Below the pieces are notes generated by a model. It had not been told where the DNA came from, made no database searches, and was given only the letters and a program-made list of their open reading frames with translations. A program made the translations under genes and the position numbers. From assembly GCA_937992175.1 (NCBI GenBank), contig CALKLF010000008.1, positions 7,847 through 71,846 of the forward strand: a stretch of 64,000 nucleotides of DNA. The letters are read 5' to 3'. Of this stretch, positions 10,479 through 18,136 are shown piece after piece; within the stretch, counting starts at the first letter, position 1, and the number at the start of each line of letters is the position of its first letter. This DNA is from an uncultured Fimbriimonadales bacterium. Its GTDB lineage: Bacteria > Armatimonadota > Fimbriimonadia > Fimbriimonadales > GBS-DC.

Positions 10479-10874
10479 TTAGTCGTCGAGATCCCACAGG
10501 TACTGTTCGGGATCCAGCACAAAGCCGCTGCACTGCGGGCGCGCGTCGCAGCCCTGCGTGAGCTGGGAGGGGCGATAGGATTTTACATGTCCATCCACGA
10601 AGGCAACAGTCGTCCGCTCATGCCGATGGAAGTGCCACGCGCCGCCGAACTCTATCCATGTGTACCAGCCCGTAGCGGTCTGCAGACGCCAGCAAGCGGA
10701 GCGCGCGCCCGCGCCGCACGAGTTGCCTTGATAGTCGTACCAGCCGTTTGCGCGACCGCTATCGCATTCGCTGCGCACAATGGTAAAAGTGTCCACGGTG
10801 GCGCGTTTGTTGTACCACCGGTTCGTATGCGCGTTGCGCATAATCGGGGAGAGGTAGACATAGTGCTTCGCCAC
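10479..10874 (-). pseudogene. C-terminal remnant of a DUF1559 / H-X9-DG prepilin-like protein
   Basis: RHERTTVAFVDGHVKS...YLWDLD C-terminus is present; the N-terminal GFTLIELL motif is absent. Confidence 0.7.
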
Positions 10875-10980
10875 TCGTGATTATTTTGATGTTCCGCCCC
10901 CCTCCTGCAGGTCTGATAAGAGGACACGGTTCTGCCTCCACTGCGAACTTAGGAGGCGCATTTTCCCCCGCACTTTCTGA

Positions 10981-11088
10981 ACCTCACTCCCCACCCCCCT
11001 CCCCGTAAACGGAGAGGGGGAGCAGGCAGCGCGTAGCGCGCATTCCCCCATCTCCGCACGCGGAGAGGGGGGGCAAGGGGGGTGAGGT
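10981..11088. repeat. Family A palindromic repeat (CCCCTCTCC..GGAGAGGGG), intergenic dimer
   Basis: Two hairpins flanked by ACCTCA...TGAGGT; homologous copies elsewhere in the window. Confidence 0.85.
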
Positions 11089-11203
11089 CGGAAAAAGCGG
11101 AGGCATGGGCGGTAGATTGTCCTCAGGTGGTGTACCCTTATCAGCTCGTGTAGGTTCTCCCTGCTTTGCGAGGGGAACCGATGTGCGCTTTCCCCTAAAC
11201 CTC

Positions 11204-11233
11204 TTGACAATCCGCGGGTCGGTATGGTATAAT
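11204..11233 (+). promoter_or_regulatory. Sigma70 promoter of tRNA-Val (TTGACA-N18-TATAAT, with TGn extended -10)
   Basis: Perfect hexamers ending 20 nt upstream of the tRNA. Confidence 0.85.
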
Positions 11234-11252
11234 ATGCCCTGCCTGAGCCATC

Positions 11253-11325
11253 GGGCGAATAGCTCAGCTGGGAGAGCGCTTCCCTTACAAGGAAGAGGTC
11301 GCAGGTTCGAGTCCTGCTTCGCCCA
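11253..11325 (+). tRNA. tRNA-Val(TAC), no encoded CCA
   Basis: GGGCGAA/TTCGCCC acceptor stem, CTTCC-CTTACAA-GGAAG anticodon arm, GGTTCGAGTCC T-arm. Confidence 0.97.
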
Positions 11326-12255
11326 CTGAACTCAAAATCGCCCCATCCTCTAAGACCACTTCCCTGCGCTTCTTGGGAACGCCTTGTAGAGAACTACCTG
11401 CTCTACCGTCAAGCCACAAAAAGCCCTAAAACCGCCGAAAAATCGCGCCATCTGCTCCGCGCCTTCCTTGAGTGGAACCCCCCTGCGCCACAACAATTTC
11501 GGCGAGAGGATTGGCTCAAATTCGTGGCGAGCCTGCGTGAATCCAACTACGCTGAATGGACAGTCCACTCGGTTGCTCGCGAGGTTCGGCTACTCCCCAA
11601 GTGGCTGGAGCAAGAGGGCTTGCTCGGCTCCATCGTTCGGCAAGGCGACTTGCCCAAACCCCCCGCCCCAAACCCCAAACCGCTCGCGCCTGCCGAACTG
11701 CAAACTCTCCTGCTCGCCGCAGGCTCCAGCGAGGGATGGCTCGCACGGCGTGATGTGGCGATTGTAGCCACTCTCGCGGATTCAGGGCTACGGCGCGGCG
11801 AACTGCTCCAGATGACGACAGAGCAGGGGTTGGTGGGTTCAGGCGTCGTGAAGCAAAAAGGAGGCTCCTTGCATCGGTTCACACTCGCGCCTGAAACCTG
11901 CTTGCTCGTTCGCGAGTACCTGCGAGCCATCGAGAAGGCAGGGTTCCCGCTGGAGCCGAACGCCCCGCTATGGCGAGCGCAGGATGGTAGACCCTTGACG
12001 CCGAATGGGCTAAGGCAAATCTTTCGCAGGTTCAGCAAGAGGCTCGGACAGCGCGTCTACCCCCATCAACTTCGAGCAACCGCTGCAACCCTGCGGTTAG
12101 CGCAAGGTGTGCCAACAGAGATTGTACGGCAAGGTTTGGGGCATAGGGACGCGAGAAGCATAGCCTACTACGCTCGCGTCGCCGAAACTGACGCCGACAG
12201 GCTCCTGAGGGAATCAAACCCGCTTCGGCTCATCAGCAGGAAACCGCGCGAGTAA
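11326..12255 (+). CDS. Tyrosine recombinase/integrase
   Basis: SGLRRGEL, HQLR, LGH...Y catalytic motifs; the N-terminal helical domain (WERLVENYLLYRQATKSPKT...) lies upstream of GTG 11524 in the same frame; start unresolved. Confidence 0.9.
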   Translation: MNSKSPHPLRPLPCASWERLVENYLLYRQATKSPKTAEKSRHLLRAFLEWNPPAPQQFRREDWLKFVASLRESNYAEWTVHSVAREVRLLPKWLEQEGLLGSIVRQGDLPKPPAPNPKPLAPAELQTLLLAAGSSEGWLARRDVAIVATLADSGLRRGELLQMTTEQGLVGSGVVKQKGGSLHRFTLAPETCLLVREYLRAIEKAGFPLEPNAPLWRAQDGRPLTPNGLRQIFRRFSKRLGQRVYPHQLRATAATLRLAQGVPTEIVRQGLGHRDARSIAYYARVAETDADRLLRESNPLRLISRKPRE

Positions 12256-12299
12256 GCCGAATAGAACCGTAGCCTGCTCTCTCGCGTTCGTGCCCCTCT

Positions 12300-13208
12300 G
12301 TGAACGCGAGGGGCAGGCTTACAGTGGAGTGTGTGGAGCCGATGTGGAAAGTCAGGCGCGAAATCGTAGAACTCTATACGACGCTGATGGAGATTCTGCA
12401 ACTTGCGCAGGAACCGCCTGAAGTAGTGCAGATTCGCGCCGAATGGGAAGCCCTCTCCAACGCCTACCCGAACCCCGACGCCTCTTGCCATAAAGCCATA
12501 GAAGCCTGCTGCCGAAAGTGGAAACTCTGTGACGCGAACGGCGTGATTCCTACAGGGCTATTCGCCTTGCGATGTGAAGGGAAAACCGACCTGCGAGAAG
12601 CCGACTTCCGAATCTGGAGATTCGAGCCGTTAGACCGCCCCGAACTACCGTTCCACCTTTGGGTAGACCCGCGAATCGAGAGCAAGCAGGAGTTTCTCGC
12701 CCGCGCGAAGGCAACTCTGCAGGTAGAGCGCGAACCCCAGCTGCTGGAGAAAATACACGAACTACCTGCCTCGCCTGTGGTGCGGATGGAATGGAACGCC
12801 TCGCGAGGCGAGTTTGAGCCGAAACCTGCAGGATGGCTTCAGAGGGCGCGAGAGGCGTGGAATCTCCCCCCTGAGTTCATGCCCGATGGCGTGCTAACCG
12901 AGATGATTCTACGGGTAGCCGAGTGCTACTACAATCACCTTGCGAAGCAGGTGGGGAGTTATGTGCCTAAGACAACGCGAACGCGAGATGAGATTCCTAA
13001 TATGAAGCGAGGGACGCGCCAATACTACCTTGAAATGGCGTGGGTTCACCTGCTTCGCGCTGTCGGCTGGAGATGGGAACCCATAGCCGATTGGCTGTTT
13101 CGGCATGGCATAGTGGAGCGCGAGAGGAAACTCACAGAGGGTTATGCTCTTCTACTTGCGAGGCTTCGCAAGATTCCTGAGCGATTGCGGAGAGAATTTT
13201 GGCTGTAA
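12300..13208 (+). CDS. Hypothetical protein of the integrated element (possible C-terminal HTH)
   Basis: 302-aa ORF co-oriented between the integrase and the replication genes. Confidence 0.65.
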   Translation: MNARGRLTVECVEPMWKVRREIVELYTTLMEILQLAQEPPEVVQIRAEWEALSNAYPNPDASCHKAIEACCRKWKLCDANGVIPTGLFALRCEGKTDLREADFRIWRFEPLDRPELPFHLWVDPRIESKQEFLARAKATLQVEREPQLLEKIHELPASPVVRMEWNASRGEFEPKPAGWLQRAREAWNLPPEFMPDGVLTEMILRVAECYYNHLAKQVGSYVPKTTRTRDEIPNMKRGTRQYYLEMAWVHLLRAVGWRWEPIADWLFRHGIVERERKLTEGYALLLARLRKIPERLRREFWL

Positions 13209-13218
13209 AACCCCGAAT

Positions 13219-13258
13219 TTTTGTGAATAAGACCACCCCCCCTGCGTTATTCACAAAA
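13219..13258. promoter_or_regulatory. 12-bp perfect inverted repeat containing two DnaA-box-like 9-mers
   Basis: TTTTGTGAATAA-N16-TTATTCACAAAA. Confidence 0.55.
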
Positions 13259-13282
13259 TCACCTGCCACACTCATAAGCGCT

Positions 13283-13498
13283 ATGAGTGGACAGGTACTG
13301 CGCTGGCTATTCGATGGCGACAGGTGTGCACTGCTCGCCCTACGGCGAAGGGCTGAACGGCACTTCCGAAGCCCGCTGGGCGAGCTGAGGAGCATCGTCT
13401 ATGAGGCGTTAGAGCCTGAGATTGAGGCTGTCAAAGCCGAACTCGCTGCCGAACTGCCTGACGAGCCTGCTGAGCGCAAGGAGGTGAGCCTGCCGTGA
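13283..13498 (+). CDS. Small ribbon-helix-helix (Arc/FitA-like) DNA-binding protein
   Basis: LALRRRAERHFRSPLGELRSIVYEAL pattern; stop overlaps the next GTG (GTGA). Confidence 0.55.
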   Translation: MSGQVLRWLFDGDRCALLALRRRAERHFRSPLGELRSIVYEALEPEIEAVKAELAAELPDEPAERKEVSLP

Positions 13499-15201
13499 GA
13501 GGAAACGCGAACCCCCGCCACGCCCGTTCAGGTTCAGGCGAAGCAGGGGCACACACCGCCGAGATTATACCCACACCGAGCTCGAATGACGCCCGTGATT
13601 GGGCAGGGTACTACCTCTCGCGCGGTTGGGCTGTCGTGCCGATTCCTACCCGCGAGAAAGCCCCCCGACTACAGGGTTGGCAGAATCTGCGAATCGCGAG
13701 TGATGAAGTAGGCGAGTACTTCGGAGCCAATTCTAACATCGGGCTAATACTCGGTGAGGCGTCGCACGGTTTATGTGATGTAGACCTTGATGACGCCTAC
13801 GCCCGCCGATTAGCCGATGCCTTCCTGCCACACACTGAGCTGAGGAGCGGACGCCAATCGACAGGCGTGGCTCACTATTGGTACTATTCAGACTTTCGGC
13901 AGACGCGCCGATGGGTAGACCCCGAAGCGCAGGGCGAGCGAGCTTGCTTGCTTGAGCTTCGGGGGAAGGGGCAAACCATCGTGTGCCCGTCAGTACATCC
14001 ATCGGGCGAGAAAATCGATTGGGTGAATGTGAGCAGCGAGCCTGCGCAGGTGGACAGCGACACGCTGTTGCGTGCCTGCGAGCGACTGGCTGCTGCCAGC
14101 CTGCTGGCGCGTCGCTGGGCAGTAGGACAGCGCCACGAACTCGTGTTGGCACTTTCAGGCACACTCGCACGGGCAGGTTGGCGCGAGCAGGAGAGTGCCG
14201 AGTTTATTCGCGCGATTGCCCGCGCGGCAGGAGATGAGGAACTTGCCGACAGAGCGCGTGCTGTCGCCGACACCTACGAATCGATTCGGCGTGGTGAGCC
14301 TGCAACGGGATTGCCCACGCTGAGCGACTTGCTCGGCGAGCGCACGGTACGGACGCTATGCGACTGGCTCCAGTTGGGACACCAAGAGAGTAGGCGTGTC
14401 CCAACTGTCCCAACTGTCCCAACTGAGGAGAGGGGTTGGCGGTTCCATCCCATCCGCTACTCGGAGCGAGAGCGAGAAGATGTGGAGTGCTTCGTGCCCA
14501 ACCTACTCTACTCCTCAAAGTTGACGGTTTTAGCGGGGCCGCCTGGTGTTGGAAAATCCGTATGGGCACTCGAAGTTTCGTGTGTCCTGTCGGATGGAGG
14601 TGAACTGTGGGGACGCTACCCCCTTCCCATCGTGAGTACACTTTGGCTCGACTTTGACGAGGCGTTCGCCCGACTGCAGGAGATTGCTGATGCCCATTAT
14701 GGCGCGAAGGAGCGACACATCTGGACGCTACCCCAAGAGGAACTCCTACCGCTGGGCTACGAAACCTACGCCGCCTACAGCCAACTCATTCGCGACCTGA
14801 ACATCGGGTTGGTGGTGGTGGACGGGCTAATTGATTTTCTTGCCCTAAACGACGCGAATGACGCGAGCCAAGTTCGTGAGCGAATGGCTTGGCTTCGGGC
14901 GCTGGCGCGAGAAACTGACGCTGTAGCCCCGTTGGAACCTGATGAAGTAGCGCAGGTTCTCGAACTCTGGACGCTTGCGGAATCGAAGCGATTCCCGCGC
15001 CTTGTCATTCCTGACTACGCTGTCGTGGAGTGTGGCGCGTCAGCTTGGCGTCTATTCCTTGAACGCGCTGCAGGTTCAGGCGCGATTGCCCTCGCGCGAA
15101 ACCTGCTCCAGCAACGCCCGAAACCGAATGGGCAACCGAGCCTGTTCAGTACCGAAGGTAAAACCATCGACAGAGCCGATTGCGACCTTTTCGAGTCCTA
15201 A
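13495..15201 (+). CDS. Bifunctional DNA primase-polymerase fused to a truncated AAA_25 helicase
   Basis: YLSRGWAVVPI, NIGL, DVDLD, HYWY, CPSVHPSG; Walker A GPPGVGKS and Walker B LVVVDG. Confidence 0.85.
   Translation: MRGNANPRHARSGSGEAGAHTAEIIPTPSSNDARDWAGYYLSRGWAVVPIPTREKAPRLQGWQNLRIASDEVGEYFGANSNIGLILGEASHGLCDVDLDDAYARRLADAFLPHTELRSGRQSTGVAHYWYYSDFRQTRRWVDPEAQGERACLLELRGKGQTIVCPSVHPSGEKIDWVNVSSEPAQVDSDTLLRACERLAAASLLARRWAVGQRHELVLALSGTLARAGWREQESAEFIRAIARAAGDEELADRARAVADTYESIRRGEPATGLPTLSDLLGERTVRTLCDWLQLGHQESRRVPTVPTVPTEERGWRFHPIRYSEREREDVECFVPNLLYSSKLTVLAGPPGVGKSVWALEVSCVLSDGGELWGRYPLPIVSTLWLDFDEAFARLQEIADAHYGAKERHIWTLPQEELLPLGYETYAAYSQLIRDLNIGLVVVDGLIDFLALNDANDASQVRERMAWLRALARETDAVAPLEPDEVAQVLELWTLAESKRFPRLVIPDYAVVECGASAWRLFLERAAGSGAIALARNLLQQRPKPNGQPSLFSTEGKTIDRADCDLFES
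14398..14425 (+). repeat. 9-bp tandem repeat GTCCCAACT x3 (VPTVPTVPT linker)
   Basis: Read directly from the sequence. Confidence 0.85.
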
Positions 15202-15335
15202 CCGCGAGGCAGGCAGGGTAGCACTCATCACCTCCCCCACGCTACCCGCCTGCCCCCTTCACGAAGTTAGACAAAAATCGGGCATTTTTGAGTTCAGGCG
15301 AGTCTAACTTCGCCTCATGCGCCGTATATGAACCG

Positions 15336-15737
15336 ATGGGCATGAACCGAGGCAATAAACGCAAGCAAGCGCAGGAGATTCTCCTTCGCTGCCTTCGCGA
15401 AGGTGTGAGCCTGCCCGTCGCCCTTCGCGTGGCAGGCGTGCCTAAGGCAACATACTACGATTGGCTGAAACGCTACCCTGCCTTTGCACAAGCAGTAGAG
15501 TGTGCTGAAGCCGAAGCCCTCAGTGCTATAGAGCGCGTCCTTTACATAACTGCCCTACAAGGCGACACGAAGTCGGCGATGTGGCTACTTTCACGCCGTT
15601 GCCCTGAAACCTATAGCTTGAAACACCAGCCTGCTGATGAGGATTATACAGTGGAGCTTTATGTCCCGCCCGACGACGGTTCCGTGCCCTACAAGATTCA
15701 GCTCGCTTCACAGCCCACGAACGGCACGAAATCCTGA
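15336..15737 (+). CDS. Terminase small subunit-like HTH protein
   Basis: AGVPKATYYDWLK...FAQAV...AMWLLSRRCPETY pattern typical of TerS-like proteins. Confidence 0.6.
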   Translation: MGMNRGNKRKQAQEILLRCLREGVSLPVALRVAGVPKATYYDWLKRYPAFAQAVECAEAEALSAIERVLYITALQGDTKSAMWLLSRRCPETYSLKHQPADEDYTVELYVPPDDGSVPYKIQLASQPTNGTKS

Positions 15738-16031
15738 AAAATTCGCCCCTGAATCGGCAGGAATCTTTCGCCCTCTCGCGAAACAAAGAAACGCCTACCT
15801 GTTCAGAACAGGTAGGCGAGGTGCTGTAGCAGGGTGCGCTGCCACAGCGCGAGAGAGTATACACCCTCTTTCGCGAAACTCCTGCAAGCCCCCTGCGAGA
15901 AGCCCCTCTGACACCATTCGGGTTTCCCTGTTTTCCTGAAAAACAGGGGCACGAGAGACCCCCAGACTCGTGTTGGGTTCGGGGTGGCGAAAGGGAGCGT
16001 GTGAGGCGCGATTCAGGTTCACGGAAATAAC

Positions 16032-16108
16032 TGGCGCGCCCGGAGGGATTCGAACCCCCGACCCCCAGATCCGAAGTCTGGTGCTCTCGTCCGCTGAGCT
16101 ACGGGCGC
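16032..16108 (-). tRNA. tRNA-Arg(TCG)
   Basis: Reverse complement GCGCCCG...CCAGA-CTTCGGA-TCTGG...GGTTCGAATCC...GCGCCA. Confidence 0.97.
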
Positions 16109-16114
16109 AGGACA

Positions 16115-16192
16115 TGGTCGGGGCGCCCGGACTCGAACCGGGGACCTCTACCACCCCATGGTAGCGCGCTAACCATACTGCGCCACGCCCCG
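16115..16192 (-). tRNA. tRNA-Pro(GGG)
   Basis: Reverse complement CGGGGCG...CTACC-ATGGGGT-GGTAG...GGTTCGAGTCC...CGACCA. Confidence 0.97.
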
Positions 16193-16201
16193 ACAGGCTG
16201 T

Positions 16202-16229
16202 ATTATACCCCAAACGCAAGAGAATGCAA
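16202..16229 (-). promoter_or_regulatory. Sigma70 promoter of the tRNA-Pro/Arg pair (TTGCAT-N16-TATAAT)
   Basis: Hexamers 10 nt upstream of tRNA-Pro on the minus strand. Confidence 0.7.
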
Positions 16230-16251
16230 GCAGGGTGTGCGGCGAGGCGGC

Positions 16252-18018
16252 TCAGGGTGCCTCGGGCGTCACCTGTACCTTGATCTCTTTGCCCTCGCGG
16301 ATAACGGTGAACTCCACAGGCTTGCCTGCCTCCATCTTCTCATAGAGGCTGGTAAGCTCCTCGATGCTCTTCACACGCTGCCCCATCGCTGCGACGATCC
16401 GATCACCTGGACGGAGTCCCGCTTTTTCGGCAGGCGAGCCGGGCGCGACGCCATCCAGCAGCACGCCCTCTTGCTCCGAGTAGGCAGGGATTAACCCGAT
16501 GCGCACGCGGAACCCGCGCCGCGCGCCCTGCTCCGCCGCCGGCGCCTGCGGGCGCGTGAACTGCAGCCGCTCAGGACGATTCGTGATGTCGTACACCACA
16601 CGCTCCGCCAGCGCGACAATCTGCGCCTGCCCCTCGTAGTTGATTTTGTCCCAAGTGTCTGACGGACGATGGTAGTCGGGGTGCATGCCCGTGAAGAAGA
16701 ACAGGATGGGGATGCCCGCCCGCATAAACGGCATATGGTCGCTGCCGCCTGACGCGGACTGGCTCAGTTGCAAGTTCAGGTTCTCCGTGTTCGCCGCCTT
16801 GAGGATGCTCTCCCACTCGGCGGTCGTGCCTACGCCGCTGATGGAGACACGATTGTTCGTCATGCGCCCCACCATATCGAAGTTCAGCATGGCGACGATG
16901 TTCTCGCGGGGGACGGTCGGGTTCTGCACGAAGTGCGCCGCGCCCAGCAAGCCTTCCTCCTCGGCGGAGAAGGCAATCACCAGCACGCTGCGCTTGAGCC
17001 GCTCGCGATTCTGAGCCAGCAGGCGCGCCAGCTCCATGATCGCCGCCGTGCCCGAGGCGTTGTCGTCCGCGCCGTAGTGGATGTCGCCAGGTTCGGGCGC
17101 AAGCGAGCCGACCTCGCCAAAGCCCAGGTGGTCGTAGTGGGCGCCAATCACGATGACCTCGCTGCGCAGTTTCGGGTCACTGCCGGGAATGAAGCCGATC
17201 ACATTCCGCGCCACACCACGATTCGGCTCCAGCGACGCCGCCATCTCCACGCTGGCGTTGAGGTTTGCGCTCACCGGCAAGCCCTTCTCGTTGATGCGCT
17301 TGATCGCCTGCGCGACGGTCATCCCCAGCGGCTGCAACAGCCGGTCGCCCACCGACGCCTGCACATTCAAAATCGCGACATTCGTCGCGGGCGCACGTCC
17401 GCGCATTCCCACCGGCATCAGGCGATCGTTCTCGGGTTGGTTCACCAAAATCACGCCCACCGCGCCTTTCTGGATGGCGGTTTGCACTTTCTGTGGAATG
17501 CGCGACGCTCGCTGGATGTCCGAACTGACGCCCTCGAAGCTGGGCGCGCCGCGCAGGATTACGGCAATCTTACCGGAGACATCCACATTCTCGTAATCAT
17601 CGTAGCCTGCGTTCGGTTGCGAAATGCCGAACCCCACAAACACCAGCTCGCCCTCCACCTTCGTGTTGCTGGTCATATTCAAAGGGCGAATCGACTCTGC
17701 AGGAGCCTCCCACACGCTGCCGCGCTTGAGCTTGAGGTAGTTCTCGTTGCCCGGCTTGAAACCGAGCGTCAGTTCCCAATCCTGAAAATAGCCGTTCGTA
17801 CCCTTCGGCTCCAGCCCTGATTGCTCGAACACGCGAGCGATATAGTCCGCCGCTTTGTACGCGCCTGGCGCAATCGCAAAGCGCCCCTCCAGTTCTGGCG
17901 AGGCAAGATACTTCACATGCGCCTGCAGATTGCTCACCGAGACGCTGGAACGATTCGCGAACGCCAATAGAAATAGCAGCCCAACGCCTGCGAGTAGACT
18001 CAGCCTTCTCATTATCAT
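16252..18018 (-). CDS. M28 family aminopeptidase with PA and PDZ domains
   Basis: GAHYDHLG, GADDNASG, AEEEG, NFDMVGR, SDH, YH motifs; C-terminal PDZ (GSPAEKAGL). Confidence 0.92.
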   Translation of the reverse strand: MIMRRLSLLAGVGLLFLLAFANRSSVSVSNLQAHVKYLASPELEGRFAIAPGAYKAADYIARVFEQSGLEPKGTNGYFQDWELTLGFKPGNENYLKLKRGSVWEAPAESIRPLNMTSNTKVEGELVFVGFGISQPNAGYDDYENVDVSGKIAVILRGAPSFEGVSSDIQRASRIPQKVQTAIQKGAVGVILVNQPENDRLMPVGMRGRAPATNVAILNVQASVGDRLLQPLGMTVAQAIKRINEKGLPVSANLNASVEMAASLEPNRGVARNVIGFIPGSDPKLRSEVIVIGAHYDHLGFGEVGSLAPEPGDIHYGADDNASGTAAIMELARLLAQNRERLKRSVLVIAFSAEEEGLLGAAHFVQNPTVPRENIVAMLNFDMVGRMTNNRVSISGVGTTAEWESILKAANTENLNLQLSQSASGGSDHMPFMRAGIPILFFFTGMHPDYHRPSDTWDKINYEGQAQIVALAERVVYDITNRPERLQFTRPQAPAAEQGARRGFRVRIGLIPAYSEQEGVLLDGVAPGSPAEKAGLRPGDRIVAAMGQRVKSIEELTSLYEKMEAGKPVEFTVIREGKEIKVQVTPEAP

Positions 18019-18136
18019 AGCCCTCGCTATGGGAATTGTACCCCACTTTCTCATAGACTCAAAACAGCGTGTCATGTTCTGCTATCAGCCGCGCCACAAG
18101 CGGGGTGAACACACCGTCAGTGAGCAGACAAAGGGG

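Larger units (their letters stand above)
11326..16030 (+). mobile_element. Integrated phage-satellite (PICI-like) or integrative element between tRNA-Val and tRNA-Arg
   Basis: Tyrosine integrase abutting the tRNA 3' end, followed by RHH-like, Prim-Pol/AAA_25 and TerS-like genes; right boundary approximate. Confidence 0.75.

Noticed and set aside
15726-15755. TCCTG...TTCGCCCCTGAA as the attR copy of the tRNA-Val 3' end
   Set aside because: Only a short gapped match to 11312-11330; too weak to call without an empty-site comparison.
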